From a virus (lineage: Duplodnaviria > Caudoviricetes), in IMG/VR virus record IMGVR_UViG_2791355157_000004, positions 1 to 64,000 of that record: 64,000 nt of DNA; one strand, 5' to 3'. Shown piece after piece: positions 37,276-48,423 of the stretch; the stretch's first letter is position 1, and the number at the start of each line of letters is the position of its first letter. A program made the translations under genes and the position numbers. The notes beneath the pieces were generated by a model. It did not search any database. It was not told the DNA's origin and saw only the letters and a program-made list of their open reading frames with translations.

Positions 37276-37409
37276 GACTCACCTTCCTGTCTGTGTAATG
37301 GGCACAGGTGAGATGTTCGGATAAATCCTAAAAGTAATCAATTTAAGAGTTGTCTTATTGACATACAGAAATCAGACTATGTTGCCTCTACTCACCACGG
37401 GATCGCACC

Positions 37410-39617
37410 ATGTCTGAAATCCAGAAGCAAACCGAGGTCTCCGCCCGCTATACACCATTGAGTGATTGGGCGAATGAACCGTCGGTCAGTGACATGAAGG
37501 ACACGCTCACTGCGGCCTCGACGTCACAGAAGCAGCAGATTGCCAAGATCAACACGTGGCTCGACAACCTCAACGTTGAAGGCAATGCCAAACCCAAGCC
37601 GCGTAAGGGCCGCAGCCAGGTTCAGCCCAAGCTGATCCGCAAACAGGCCGAGTGGCGCTACTCCGCACTGACCGAACCCTTCCTGTCAGCACAGCAGCTG
37701 TTCACCGTGCGCCCGGTTTCCTGGGACGATAAGGCGGCAGCGGAGCAGAATCAGATCGTGCTCAACTGGCAGTTCCGCACCAAGCTCGACAAGGTGAAGT
37801 TCATTGATGAGTACGTGCGTACCGCCGTCGATGAAGGCACCGTGATCGTGCGCGTGGGCTGGCGCCGGGAAACGAAGACCGTCAAGGTTGAGGCACCTGT
37901 CTACAGCTACTACCAGATCTCAGATCCGGCCTGGCTTGAACAGCTTCAGCAGGCGATGCAGCTGAAGTCGGAAAACCCGGCGGCGTTTCTGCAGCTGCCT
38001 GAGGAGATGCAGGAATCGGTGACCTACTCCCTGGAGCAGAACATGCCCCTGATGGCGAAGATCACCGGGTCGCAAGAAGTGGAACAGGAAGAGGTGCTGA
38101 AGAACGAGCCGGTGGTGGAAATCGTCAACACCGCGAACGTCTATATCGACCCCTCCTGCCAGGGTGTGTTTGAGAATGCCCGCTTCCTCATCTACTCGTT
38201 CGAGACCTCGTACGCGGAGCTGAAAGCGGATGGTCGCTATAAGAACCTCGATACCGTCAACTTTGAGAGCAAAAGCATCCTCGCCGAACCGGATCACAAA
38301 ACCGATACGCCGGATGACTTCAACTTCAAAGACAAGGGCCGTAAACGCGTCGTGGCCTACGAATACTGGGGCTGGTACGACATTCACGGAAACGGTGAGC
38401 TGGCGCCGATTGTCTCCACCTGGGTAGGCGACATCATGATCCGCCTGGAAGCGAACCCTTTCCCTGACGGCAAGATCCCCTTTGTGGTGGTCCCTTACCT
38501 GCCGGTGAAGCGTTCCGTCTATGGTGAGCCGGATGGTTCACTGCTTGAAGATAACCAGCGCGTTTCGGGTGCGGTAATGCGCGGCATGATCGACATCATG
38601 GCCCGATCGGCCAACGGCCAGAAAGGCATGCGCAAAGACATGCTCGACGTGGTGAACCGCCGCAAATATGACAATGGCGAGGACTACGAATTCAACATGA
38701 CCGTAGACCCGCGTCAGGGCATCGTTGACCACGTTTATCCGGAAATCCCGAACAGTGCGCTGACCATGATCCAGCTGATGAACTCAGAGGCGGAATCCCT
38801 GACCGGGGTGAAAGCGTTCTCGGGTGGCCTCAGTGGAGACGCATTCGGTCCGACCGCTGCCGGTACCCGTGGCGTGCTCGACGCCTCGTCCAAACGTGAG
38901 ACCGCGATTCTGCGTCGCCTGGCTAAAGGCGTTGCGGCGATCGGGCAGAAAATCGTGCTGATGAATGCGGAGTTCATGAGTGAAGAGGAGCAGGTGCGCC
39001 TCACAAACGAGGAGTTCGTGGCGATCCGCCGTGATGATCTGCAGGGGAACTTCGACCTGGAGGTGGCCATTACAACGGCCGAGGAAGATAACGCGAAGAG
39101 TGAGCAGCTTGCCTTCATGCTACAAACGATGGCAAGCAGTATGCCATCAGAATTATCTCAAATGGTTCTTGCGGATATCGCCAGGCTGCGTAATATGCCG
39201 ACATTGGCACACAACATCCAACACTATGTTCCACAACCAGATCCTTTCCAGGAACAGATGAAACAACTGGAACTGCAGAAGGCTCAGCTGGAACTGGCGC
39301 AGGTGCAACAGAAAATCGCCACGGATAAAGCCCAGGAGCAGTATTACTACTCCCGTGCCCGTGACACCTCCAATGCCGCTGACCAGAAGAACCTGGATTA
39401 CGTGGAGCAGGAGACCGGTACCAAACACGCCCGGGAGATGGAGAAGCAATCTGCGCAGGCAGAAGCCAACCAGAACCTGGAAGTGACCAAAGGTATCCTG
39501 GCGCAACAATCGGCTGGCCCCGATTCTGCACCCGGTACCGCCCCTAAAGGTCCCAGCGACTCTCATATCGCGACGGCCGTGGGGTTCAATCAGCTAAGCA
39601 AAGCACTGACACCCTGA
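37410..39617 (+). CDS. Portal protein (N4 gp59-like)
   Basis: GRSQVQPKLIRKQAEWRYSALTEPFL, ESLTGVKAFSGG; 735 aa. Confidence 0.92.
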   Translation: MSEIQKQTEVSARYTPLSDWANEPSVSDMKDTLTAASTSQKQQIAKINTWLDNLNVEGNAKPKPRKGRSQVQPKLIRKQAEWRYSALTEPFLSAQQLFTVRPVSWDDKAAAEQNQIVLNWQFRTKLDKVKFIDEYVRTAVDEGTVIVRVGWRRETKTVKVEAPVYSYYQISDPAWLEQLQQAMQLKSENPAAFLQLPEEMQESVTYSLEQNMPLMAKITGSQEVEQEEVLKNEPVVEIVNTANVYIDPSCQGVFENARFLIYSFETSYAELKADGRYKNLDTVNFESKSILAEPDHKTDTPDDFNFKDKGRKRVVAYEYWGWYDIHGNGELAPIVSTWVGDIMIRLEANPFPDGKIPFVVVPYLPVKRSVYGEPDGSLLEDNQRVSGAVMRGMIDIMARSANGQKGMRKDMLDVVNRRKYDNGEDYEFNMTVDPRQGIVDHVYPEIPNSALTMIQLMNSEAESLTGVKAFSGGLSGDAFGPTAAGTRGVLDASSKRETAILRRLAKGVAAIGQKIVLMNAEFMSEEEQVRLTNEEFVAIRRDDLQGNFDLEVAITTAEEDNAKSEQLAFMLQTMASSMPSELSQMVLADIARLRNMPTLAHNIQHYVPQPDPFQEQMKQLELQKAQLELAQVQQKIATDKAQEQYYYSRARDTSNAADQKNLDYVEQETGTKHAREMEKQSAQAEANQNLEVTKGILAQQSAGPDSAPGTAPKGPSDSHIATAVGFNQLSKALTP

Positions 39618-39636
39618 CACTCACTGAGGACACACA

Positions 39637-39981
39637 ATGAGTAACATTCAGAAAGTCGAACTTGCCATCGAGCATGCCAAATCTGGCATCGCCTTCGGGG
39701 AAGCACTCGACCGCCTGCTCAACAACCGCGATTTCCAGCAGGTCATTGAACAGGGATACCTTCGGGAAGAAGCCATTCGCCTGGTTCACCTGAAAGCCGA
39801 CCCGGGTATGTATACCGAGTCCGATCAGGCAGACATCGACCGGCAGATCTCCGCAATTGGCCAGTTTAAAAACTGGTTCCATCTGCAGCGCACTATCACC
39901 GAACACCTTCGCAAAGAGCTGAAAGACAACAGCGATGAGCTCGAAGAACTGCGTCGTGAAGAAGCGGAGGGTGCTAACTGA
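39637..39981 (+). CDS. N4 gp58-like protein
   Basis: ALDRLLNNRDFQQVI..GY; synteny between portal and gp57. Confidence 0.7.
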   Translation: MSNIQKVELAIEHAKSGIAFGEALDRLLNNRDFQQVIEQGYLREEAIRLVHLKADPGMYTESDQADIDRQISAIGQFKNWFHLQRTITEHLRKELKDNSDELEELRREEAEGAN

Positions 39982-41111
39982 TGAGCGGAGAAAACGAAGT
40001 TAACCATCTGGCCCTGTCAGACGAAGACTTCCTCAATGCTCCCCATGAGCCGGCAGAACCGGCTCCTGTGGCAGAGCCTGAGGCAGCCAGCGAAGCCGAT
40101 CCGGTTGTTGAAGGTCAGGGTGACCCTGAGCCTGAACTGCCCGCGGGCGAAGAACTGCCTGCAGCTGACGTCCCTGAGGAGGTAGCTGATGCCGTCCCGC
40201 CAGAGAAGACTGAACCTGCAGAGAAGGCGGAGAAACCTGCTGATGCTCCGGCTGAGGCTGGAGACAAACCTGCCGACGTTAATGCTGAAGCTGAACTCGC
40301 CCGTATCATGGCGCCGTTCAAAGCTAACGGCCGCGACATCCAGGTAAAGAACGTGGATGAAGCCATTCGCCTCATGCAGATGGGCGCGAATTACAATAAG
40401 AAGATGGAAGGCTTGAAGCCGTCCATGAAAATTCTTAAAATGCTCGATAATAACCAGTTGTTAGATGAACAGAAACTTTCATTCCTTATTGATATAAGCA
40501 AGAAAGACCCTGCCGCCATCCAACAGCTGCTGAGAGACAGCGGAATTGACCCGCTTTCACTCGACCCAGATAACGCCCCCAAGTATGCACCTGGCGATCA
40601 TACCGTCAGTGACAAAGAAGTGGAGCTTGATTCGGTGCTCGATGAGGTTCATGCCTCCGCCACCGGTCAGCGAACCATTCAGACCGTCACTGCCTGGGAT
40701 GAACACAGTAAGCGGATACTCGCGGAAAATCCCCAACTTATCTCGACAATCAACACCATGATGGCGAACGGTATTTACGACCAGATCGCCGATGAAGTTG
40801 AGCGTCGCAAGGTACTTGGTGACCTGAAGAACCTGTCAGCGCTTGATGCAATTAAGCTGGTGGGTGACGAGTTACAGGCCAAAGGATTACTGCAAGCAAC
40901 CGCTACTGCGCCCACTGCTGCTGCCCCCTCTACGCCTGAACCTGTTGCCACCCGTGTAAAAGCTCCAGCTGCTGAAACGGATACCGAGCGTGCGGCTAAA
41001 GCCCGTGCTGCCGGTACCACGAAGAGCACGACCAACGTTGCCAAGCAGGAATTCAACCCGCTGGCCATGTCGGACGAAGAGTTCGAAAAAATGAGCAGTG
41101 CACACTTTTAA
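39981..41111 (+). CDS. N4 gp57-like protein (scaffold-like; often annotated tape measure)
   Basis: Acidic N-terminus, PFKANG, LMQMGANY, NPLAMSDEEF; precedes the capsid gene. Confidence 0.8.
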   Translation: MSGENEVNHLALSDEDFLNAPHEPAEPAPVAEPEAASEADPVVEGQGDPEPELPAGEELPAADVPEEVADAVPPEKTEPAEKAEKPADAPAEAGDKPADVNAEAELARIMAPFKANGRDIQVKNVDEAIRLMQMGANYNKKMEGLKPSMKILKMLDNNQLLDEQKLSFLIDISKKDPAAIQQLLRDSGIDPLSLDPDNAPKYAPGDHTVSDKEVELDSVLDEVHASATGQRTIQTVTAWDEHSKRILAENPQLISTINTMMANGIYDQIADEVERRKVLGDLKNLSALDAIKLVGDELQAKGLLQATATAPTAAAPSTPEPVATRVKAPAAETDTERAAKARAAGTTKSTTNVAKQEFNPLAMSDEEFEKMSSAHF

Positions 41112-41131
41112 CACGCTAACAGGTGACGACT

Positions 41132-42316
41132 ATGAGCAATCAGTACAAGAACCCAGTCGGCGGAACGCCGTCAACAGTTGGCCCGCAGATCCGCACCGAC
41201 TACTGGTATAAAAAATCCATCATCGATGCGGTGAAAGATCAGTATTTCACCCCGCTGGCTGACGTGACTGACATGCCGAAGAACATGGGTAAAACCATCA
41301 AGGTATTCCAGTACGTGCCACTGCTCGACGATCGCAACGTCAACGACCAGGGTATCGACGCCTCAGGCGCCACCATTGCCAACGGCAACCTGTGGGGCTC
41401 CAGCAAAGACATCGGTGCGATGACCGGTAAGCTGCCTACGCTGACCGAGAACGGTGGCCGTGTGAACCGCGTTGGCTTCACCCGTATCACCCGTGAAGGC
41501 ACCATCCATAAAATGGGCTTCTTCACCGAGTGGACCCAGGAGTCTGTGGACTTCGATACCGACGATGAGCTGTTCGGTCACTTCTCTCGTGAGATGGTGA
41601 ACGGCGCCGGTCAGATGACTGAAGCCATCCTGCAGTACGATCTGCTGAACGCAGCCGGCGTGGTTGTTTACGGCGGTGAAGCGACGTCTACTGCCACCAT
41701 CACCGGTGAAGGCGATACGCCATCTGTGATCAGCTACGACGACCTGATGCGTCTGGCGCTGACCCTGGATGACAACCGTGCGCCTAAGCACACCAAGATC
41801 ATCGCGGGTTCCCGCATGGTAGACACCAAAACCATCAACAGCGCCCGTATCCTGTACTGCGGCTCTGAAATGGTCCCTACCCTGCGTAAGATGAAGGATT
41901 CCTTCGGTGATCCGGCGTTCATCCCGGTGAACAAGTACGCTGACGCGGGTACCCTGCTGAACGGTGAGATCGGTGCAATTGACCGCTTCCGTATCGTACT
42001 GGTTCCGGAAATGTACCACTGGGCAGGTGCGGGTGCAGCAGCGACTGCCGCTAACCCTGGCTACCGCGAAACCGGTGACAAGTACGACGTGTTCCCAATG
42101 CTGGTGGTATCAGGTGAGTCCTTCACCACTATCGGCTTCCAGACTGACGGCAAGTCAGTGAAATTCGTCATCAATACCAAAATGCCTGGTAAAGAGATGG
42201 TGACGAAGGAAGACCCGTACGGTGAGACCGGCCTGATGAGCATCAAGTGGTACTACGGCACCCTGATTAAGCGTCCTGAGTGGATCGCCCTGATCAAAAC
42301 CGTAGCAGCACTGTAA
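41132..42316 (+). CDS. Major capsid protein (N4 gp56 family)
   Basis: [40 protein letters not shown]. Confidence 0.95.
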   Translation: MSNQYKNPVGGTPSTVGPQIRTDYWYKKSIIDAVKDQYFTPLADVTDMPKNMGKTIKVFQYVPLLDDRNVNDQGIDASGATIANGNLWGSSKDIGAMTGKLPTLTENGGRVNRVGFTRITREGTIHKMGFFTEWTQESVDFDTDDELFGHFSREMVNGAGQMTEAILQYDLLNAAGVVVYGGEATSTATITGEGDTPSVISYDDLMRLALTLDDNRAPKHTKIIAGSRMVDTKTINSARILYCGSEMVPTLRKMKDSFGDPAFIPVNKYADAGTLLNGEIGAIDRFRIVLVPEMYHWAGAGAAATAANPGYRETGDKYDVFPMLVVSGESFTTIGFQTDGKSVKFVINTKMPGKEMVTKEDPYGETGLMSIKWYYGTLIKRPEWIALIKTVAAL

Positions 42317-42399
42317 TAGCTCGCTGACAGGTGGGGGAGAAATCCCCCGCCTTTTTTAGACGTAAACGCTGGCGCCACCCAGCTTAAAAGGATGAATAC

Positions 42400-42960
42400 A
42401 TGAGCCAAGAATTAGAAGCCCTGAAACGTAAAGCCGACACCCTGGGTGTTACCTATTCCCCAAACATTGGTGTGGAGACGCTGCGCGCCCGCATCAATGA
42501 GAAGCTGGAAGGCAGTGATGAAACTGCTGAAGCCGTCGCGGCTGAACCGGTTGCTGCCCCTTCACTGAACAAGGCTCAGCGCCACCGTCAGCTGCGTAAA
42601 GACGCCACTAAAATGGTGCGCTGCCGCATCACCTGCATGAACCCGTCCAAGCAGGATGTGCCTGGCGAAATCATCGCGGTATCGAACTCGGTGATCGGCG
42701 TCATTAAGCACTTCGTCCCGTTCGGTGAAGTCACCGACAACGGCTGGCATATCCCGCAGATTATTTACGACGAAATCAAAGAGCGTAAATGCACCATCAT
42801 GCGTAAGAAGCGTGACAGCAAAGGTTCACTGGATACCCATGAGCCGGTGCAGATCCGCGAGTTTGCCATCGAAGTGCTGCCGGCACTGACAGAGACCGAG
42901 CTGAAAGAACTGGCTCAGCGTCAGGCAATGGCGTCAGGCACCGCAGCTGCAGTGGTGTAA
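42400..42960 (+). CDS. N4 gp55-like protein
   Basis: LGVTYSPNIGVETLRARI; synteny. Confidence 0.75.
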   Translation: MSQELEALKRKADTLGVTYSPNIGVETLRARINEKLEGSDETAEAVAAEPVAAPSLNKAQRHRQLRKDATKMVRCRITCMNPSKQDVPGEIIAVSNSVIGVIKHFVPFGEVTDNGWHIPQIIYDEIKERKCTIMRKKRDSKGSLDTHEPVQIREFAIEVLPALTETELKELAQRQAMASGTAAAVV

Positions 42961-42963
42961 CCC

Positions 42964-43917
42964 ATGGCCACACCCATCCCGGTAGACGAGCTGCTGGCCA
43001 ATCTGAAAGCGCTCACCAACGATGACCTGACAGCGGCAACGCTGGAGGGCAACGGGCTGTTTGACCAGATGATGCGTGCGACAACCACGCATCTCGCCAC
43101 GCAGCTGGAGAAGGGCCGCATCACCGGCAGCGACTATGCGACCGTATACCTCGGCGCAATGCAGGCGACGATGCAGAACGCGGTGCAGTATCTGCTGTCA
43201 CGCGATCAGTCGTATGCCCAGGCGCTGCAGCTTGCTGCGCAGATCGAAGCCACGCAGGCTCAGGTGAAGCTGGCCGAGCAGGACCTGGTGCTGAAGCAGA
43301 CCGAGCAGCAGATCCAGCTGGTTAACCTGGATATCCAGCGCCAGCAGCTGGAGATTGCCAAAGCCGATCTGCTACTGAAGCAGGCCCAGCTACCGCTGGC
43401 GCAGGCGCAGACAGCACAGGCCACGGCACAGGTTGAGCTGATCAAAGCGCAGACCGCTGACGTTGCAGCGAAAACGCCACTGGAAGCTGCCCTGCTGAAC
43501 AGCCAGAAAGCGCAGACGGATGCCGCAACCGGCAAAGTCTCGCACGACGTGTCGCTGGTGGATGCGCAGGTGTCGCAGTCCAACGCGCAGACACAGGTGC
43601 TGAACGGTCAGGTAGCGCTTAACGCCCAGCAGACCGCGCTGATGAAAGAGAAAGTCGAAACGGAACGTGGGCAGACGCTCAACACCCGTACCGACGGCTC
43701 ACAAATCGCCGGTATTGTTGCCTCGCAGAAAGCCCTTCAGACGCAGCAGATTGCCGCGTTCAAGAGTGATGCGAAGCAGAAGGGTGCCAAGATCCTCATG
43801 GATACCTGGGTCACGCGTAAAACGGTGGATGACGGTGTCGCGGTACCGAGTAACATCGATACCGACTCCATCAACGTGGTCATGCAGAACCTGTTTGCGG
43901 ATGCAGGGCTGCAGTAA
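42964..43917 (+). CDS. N4 gp54-like structural protein
   Basis: GNGLFDQMM, GRITGSDYA, Gln-rich coil, WVTRKTVD. Confidence 0.75.
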   Translation: MATPIPVDELLANLKALTNDDLTAATLEGNGLFDQMMRATTTHLATQLEKGRITGSDYATVYLGAMQATMQNAVQYLLSRDQSYAQALQLAAQIEATQAQVKLAEQDLVLKQTEQQIQLVNLDIQRQQLEIAKADLLLKQAQLPLAQAQTAQATAQVELIKAQTADVAAKTPLEAALLNSQKAQTDAATGKVSHDVSLVDAQVSQSNAQTQVLNGQVALNAQQTALMKEKVETERGQTLNTRTDGSQIAGIVASQKALQTQQIAAFKSDAKQKGAKILMDTWVTRKTVDDGVAVPSNIDTDSINVVMQNLFADAGLQ

Positions 43918-43961
43918 CGGCAACACGACTGGAGGAGGCGGCTACGGCCGCCTTTTTTATT

Positions 43962-46334
43962 ATGGGACTGTTCAGTAAGAAGAAGAAAACATACGTTTCC
44001 TCCGTCAGCTACAACCTGGCCGGCGACGACGTGGAGAACTTCGCGACCTCCATTATCTCCAACTCTATCCTGTCTGGCTCCGCCAACGGCCTGGCCACGG
44101 ACATCGTGCAGAGTTACCTCAAAGGCCAGGGCATGAAGCTCCGGCAGGCCTACGACTACGGCCGCGATCACTACTCCCTGGGGCTGCCAACGTCGAGCCG
44201 CACCACCGGATCGGTGGATGTCTCTACCGTTGAGCCCATCATTGAAAGCATCACCGGCAACAGCGTACTTATCTCAGAAACATATATCGGATCACCTGAC
44301 TATGCCTTCTGGGTATATCAGTATCTGGGTGAGCATTACGGTTACGATGAGTCCACGGGGGAGTTCCTGACGCCGCCGCCTGGTGTGTCTGCCACAGATG
44401 CCGTGGTGACCAGCGACATCACTACCGCCGGCACGGTCAAAATCACCCTGACTAACCCGGACAGCAGCGCGGTGACGCTGACGTTTACGGCCACGATCGA
44501 CAACACTGCGAACTACATTTACGTGCCCTACCGCACGGTGACCAACCCGCAGGTTAACTCCGTCACCACCCAGGCACCGTATCAGGACGGGGATGAAGCG
44601 GATACCACGGTCAGGTCCACCAGCGTGCGCAACGGTGGCCAGACGATCACCACCGAGGTGAAGGTGGTCACCACCATCGACGAGGCCAAAACCATCACCA
44701 CCACGGTGACCACGACGACCGTCGGTATCACGAGCCAGCTTCTCTATTTCATCTACCGGCTGGGTGCCGGCGTGTACCCTGCGCTGGATGCACTGGCGTC
44801 CACCAGTAACCTGGCCTCCCCGTATTACCCCTGGGTCATCATGCGCGATAACAACAAGGATATGACGGCGGCGCAGTATCAGGACACCGACCAGTACAGA
44901 ACGGCGAAGAAGCTGCTGAACAAAGCGGGCCTGAAAATGACGGACCTGGCAAAGGCGATCAACACCAACGACAACATTGGTGACATCGACTTTGCCTTCA
45001 TCCACTTCGGGATCTCAATTAATACCGTGGTTCAGGAGTCCAAGGCCTACCTCTATAACTTCATGCTGTACCTGCAGGCGCAGCAGAAATACTCGGCGCT
45101 GGACTGGGACACCTGGTATGAGGGCTACAACAATTACCTGAAGCATAAGAAGAACTACCAGGGCGACAGCTCGACAAACTACTACCGCATTGCGCAGCCG
45201 GGCAACAACTCGATCAGCATCCGCTACGACAATAAGAACTGGTACAACGTCACCATCTCCTGGCAGTACGTGAAGACCGTGATTGAGCCAATGGTGATCG
45301 GCAGTATCGGTCACGTGGAAATCACGTCCAATGAGGCGCAGGAGATCACCATCTGGTCGGATGAAAAGGACACCATCGAGCAGTATTCGGTGGACGCCTC
45401 CACGGTGCTGTTCCGCAAGCAGATCAACGCCACACAGGTGCAGACCCTGATTGTTCGCGGCCTGCAGCATGACAATAAGGTCTACGACGGCAAGTCGGTC
45501 ACCACCTCTGCCTATAAGGCGCTGGCCAAAGAGGAGGATGAGCTGGGCAACTTTATCGTGCCGCTGAACCGCCAGGTGTTCGACGCGATGGGGATCGTGG
45601 ACGTCACGCAGACCTGCTATGACTGCATGCACGTCACCTTCAACTGCTACAAGGTCGTTAAGCAGAAGTGGTACCAGACCTCCATCTTCAAGATTGTGGT
45701 CATCGTTATTGCGGTCGTCATTACGGTGCTGTCATGGGGAACACTGTCAGCGCCTGCCGCTGCTGTCGCTACGGCTGCTGCCGCAGCCGGCGCCACCGCG
45801 ACCGTCGCACTGGTAGCAGGGATTCTGACTCAGGTTGCGATTGGTGTAGCGGTATCGGTGGCCATGAAGATTGTGGCGCAGTACATCTCCCCTGATCTGT
45901 TCGCCGTGTTCTCGATCGCCATGCTGGCTTACGGTGCCTATGCCGTGGGCTCCAACTATGCCGCCACCAGCCAGTTCTCCGCGTCAACGTCCCTGGCCTC
46001 CAGCCAGACCTATATGTCGGCGGTCAACACCACGCTTTACGGGTACCAGCAGAGCATCAACTATCAGGTGAAAGACCTGGCTCAGCAGATGAGTACCGCC
46101 TCGCAGAGCTACACCGACGCGATGACCAGCCTGACCGAAGCGTGGGACAGTCTGGGTGAGGCAAACAAAGAGATCGACCTCTACGGCATGCAGGACAGCT
46201 ACTTCAATTTGTTCGAATCGCCGTCCGCTTACATCGCGCGAACTACCACCACGAATACTGTGAGCATGATGCTGGAAGGGATACAATCGTTCACGGGAAA
46301 CGCCTTGAATATCAGTGGCGGACTACTTAAATAA
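43962..46334 (+). CDS. N4 gp53-like virion/tail protein
   Basis: MGLFSKKKKTYVSSV start, KWYQT followed by hydrophobic helices. Confidence 0.78.
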   Translation: MGLFSKKKKTYVSSVSYNLAGDDVENFATSIISNSILSGSANGLATDIVQSYLKGQGMKLRQAYDYGRDHYSLGLPTSSRTTGSVDVSTVEPIIESITGNSVLISETYIGSPDYAFWVYQYLGEHYGYDESTGEFLTPPPGVSATDAVVTSDITTAGTVKITLTNPDSSAVTLTFTATIDNTANYIYVPYRTVTNPQVNSVTTQAPYQDGDEADTTVRSTSVRNGGQTITTEVKVVTTIDEAKTITTTVTTTTVGITSQLLYFIYRLGAGVYPALDALASTSNLASPYYPWVIMRDNNKDMTAAQYQDTDQYRTAKKLLNKAGLKMTDLAKAINTNDNIGDIDFAFIHFGISINTVVQESKAYLYNFMLYLQAQQKYSALDWDTWYEGYNNYLKHKKNYQGDSSTNYYRIAQPGNNSISIRYDNKNWYNVTISWQYVKTVIEPMVIGSIGHVEITSNEAQEITIWSDEKDTIEQYSVDASTVLFRKQINATQVQTLIVRGLQHDNKVYDGKSVTTSAYKALAKEEDELGNFIVPLNRQVFDAMGIVDVTQTCYDCMHVTFNCYKVVKQKWYQTSIFKIVVIVIAVVITVLSWGTLSAPAAAVATAAAAAGATATVALVAGILTQVAIGVAVSVAMKIVAQYISPDLFAVFSIAMLAYGAYAVGSNYAATSQFSASTSLASSQTYMSAVNTTLYGYQQSINYQVKDLAQQMSTASQSYTDAMTSLTEAWDSLGEANKEIDLYGMQDSYFNLFESPSAYIARTTTTNTVSMMLEGIQSFTGNALNISGGLLK

Positions 46335-46344
46335 GGGGACCGAA

Positions 46345-46806
46345 ATGAGTGACATGGGTATCTTCAATAACGGCTATGGTTCGATGGCGAACTATGGTGC
46401 GACACAAAACGGTGGACTGGACCTCTCCGTTTTCAATACCGGGCAGCCTGCCGGCGCCGCAGGCCTTGGCCTGGGGCAAGCCGGCGGGGCTGCTGACTCT
46501 GGCCTCTTTTCCATGAGCTCGATGTTCGGTGGTAAAGATGCGGGCGGTGCGCAGTCAACGGGCTGGGTAACCGGTGGCCTGGGTGCGCTGCAGGGGATCG
46601 GCAACCTGTACCTGGGTATGCAGAGCTACGGCCTGGCCAAACAGCAGTTTGCCGCGCAGCAGCAGGCCTACAAAACCAACCTGGCGAACTCGGTGAACTC
46701 CTACAACACCGCGCTGGAAGACAAGATCCGCGGACGCACCTCGGATTACGCCGGCAAAGAGCAGGACGTACAGAACTATCTGGCGTCTCACAAAGCCACC
46801 ACCTGA
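46345..46806 (+). CDS. N4 gp52-like ejection protein
   Basis: Gly-rich, YGLAKQQF, SYNTALED; synteny. Confidence 0.75.
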   Translation: MSDMGIFNNGYGSMANYGATQNGGLDLSVFNTGQPAGAAGLGLGQAGGAADSGLFSMSSMFGGKDAGGAQSTGWVTGGLGALQGIGNLYLGMQSYGLAKQQFAAQQQAYKTNLANSVNSYNTALEDKIRGRTSDYAGKEQDVQNYLASHKATT

Positions 46807-46818
46807 GGGGAATAACAC

Positions 46819-48348
46819 ATGGCTTCACCGTTGACGTGGCAGAACGTTGACGGTCCCCGTGCAGGTTACGGCGGGCCGTCTTTCAGTGATGCACTCCAGG
46901 CCATTAATACCGGGCTTAACTCGCTGCAGGGTGTGGGTAAATCCCTGCGCGACGACTCTGTGGCCAACTTCGATAACGCGAAGAATCAGAACACCGGCGC
47001 GCTGGTCAATGCCCTGTCGAATATCACCGATGCCGGCGAACTCCAGAAGCAGATCGCTTCCGGTGCCTTTAACGCGGACAACCTGCAGAAGCAGTTCGGC
47101 GGCGCCATTGACTATGGCGTCTTCAACAAAGCGCTGCAGGCCCGGGCCGGGCAGATTCAGGCAGACCAGGAAGGTCAGCTGAAGCTGAACGAGGACACCG
47201 ATTACCAGGCGCATCAGGCAGACCTGGCGCAACTGGCGGGGCTGGCCAACACTGATCCGTCGGCTTACAACGCTGCGCTGAAGAACCTGGATCTGGGTAC
47301 CGCTGCCGGCCGCATCCTGAGCCAGACCAACCCGTACATGAGCGCTACCCGTGAGAATGCCACCACGATGCGCGGTCAGGACCTGTCGCACGCTGACAAC
47401 CAGGCGCAGATTGGCCTGGCGCGTGATCAGTTCAACTACCGTAAAGCGATGGACACCAAGCTCCAGGCGAAGCAGGACACGGACGATGCGTTTGCCAGTG
47501 GCCAGAACTTCGCGGTATCGGCGCTCAAGGACAAGTCGGAGAACGACGCAACCAAGGCGTTTACCAGCTCCAAAGAGTTCCTGGCAATGGACCCGGACCA
47601 CCAGAAGGCAGCCCTGACCGGCCTCACCACTGCTTATCAGCGTGGTTCAGCCATGACGGATGCCGAGCAGCAGGACTTCCAGAAGACCATGCAGCCGGTG
47701 CAGCAGATCACCTCCGCCATCGACAACAAAATCAGCACGCTGACCGCGAACTTTGCCCGCACGAATCCGCAGTTCCAGATTCTGCAGGGCGCTGACGAAC
47801 TGTCAGGCAAGTCGCAGCAGGACGTGGTGAAGGAGATGATGGAGGGCACGAAGTACAACGACGCGGGTGAGGTCACCGATAAGGTGAATGCGATCGCGCA
47901 GAAGTACAACGTGCCGCCAGCACTGGTTGCCTCGGTCGCCAAAAACTCACAGAAGTCCTCGGCCATTCGCCTGGGCGGGTTCGGACGTGAAGGTGTCACC
48001 TATGACTGGGACCGCCTTGATGACGGTGTTGCCGCTGCCATCAAGTACCAGAGTTCCGGTCAGGCCTACCAGGATCAGCAGACGCTGGGTGCCGTCACCA
48101 TGCCTGCCGCACAGCTGAAGCAGCAGATCAGCCAGGTGCAGCAGACACTGAAGCGAGTTCAGGCCGCCGGCGGCGATACCACCGCCATCAAGCGCAACCT
48201 GGAGACGCTGCAGAAACAGGGTGTGGGTGTCTACGGTGCGCTGTCTAAAACAGCGGACGATGTGCAGGCCTCTGCCAACAACACTGTACCCGCCAGTGCC
48301 AGCCGTTCCTTCACCCAGGGCATGCTGGATAATTACCGGCGTCAGTAG
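46819..48348 (+). CDS. N4 gp51-like ejection protein
   Basis: LTWQNV start, helical Ala/Gln-rich, directly upstream of vRNAP. Confidence 0.72.
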   Translation: MASPLTWQNVDGPRAGYGGPSFSDALQAINTGLNSLQGVGKSLRDDSVANFDNAKNQNTGALVNALSNITDAGELQKQIASGAFNADNLQKQFGGAIDYGVFNKALQARAGQIQADQEGQLKLNEDTDYQAHQADLAQLAGLANTDPSAYNAALKNLDLGTAAGRILSQTNPYMSATRENATTMRGQDLSHADNQAQIGLARDQFNYRKAMDTKLQAKQDTDDAFASGQNFAVSALKDKSENDATKAFTSSKEFLAMDPDHQKAALTGLTTAYQRGSAMTDAEQQDFQKTMQPVQQITSAIDNKISTLTANFARTNPQFQILQGADELSGKSQQDVVKEMMEGTKYNDAGEVTDKVNAIAQKYNVPPALVASVAKNSQKSSAIRLGGFGREGVTYDWDRLDDGVAAAIKYQSSGQAYQDQQTLGAVTMPAAQLKQQISQVQQTLKRVQAAGGDTTAIKRNLETLQKQGVGVYGALSKTADDVQASANNTVPASASRSFTQGMLDNYRRQ

Positions 48349-48423
48349 TAGTTCGCTGATCTGACATAACTTATTATGGGGGAGCGTACACACTCCCCCT
48401 TCTTTATGTCTGAGGATCGGCAC

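Noticed and set aside
37358-37383. TTGACA...TATGTT sigma70 promoter before the portal gene
   Set aside because: The spacer is only 14 bp, so it cannot be called canonical, although a late promoter is likely nearby.
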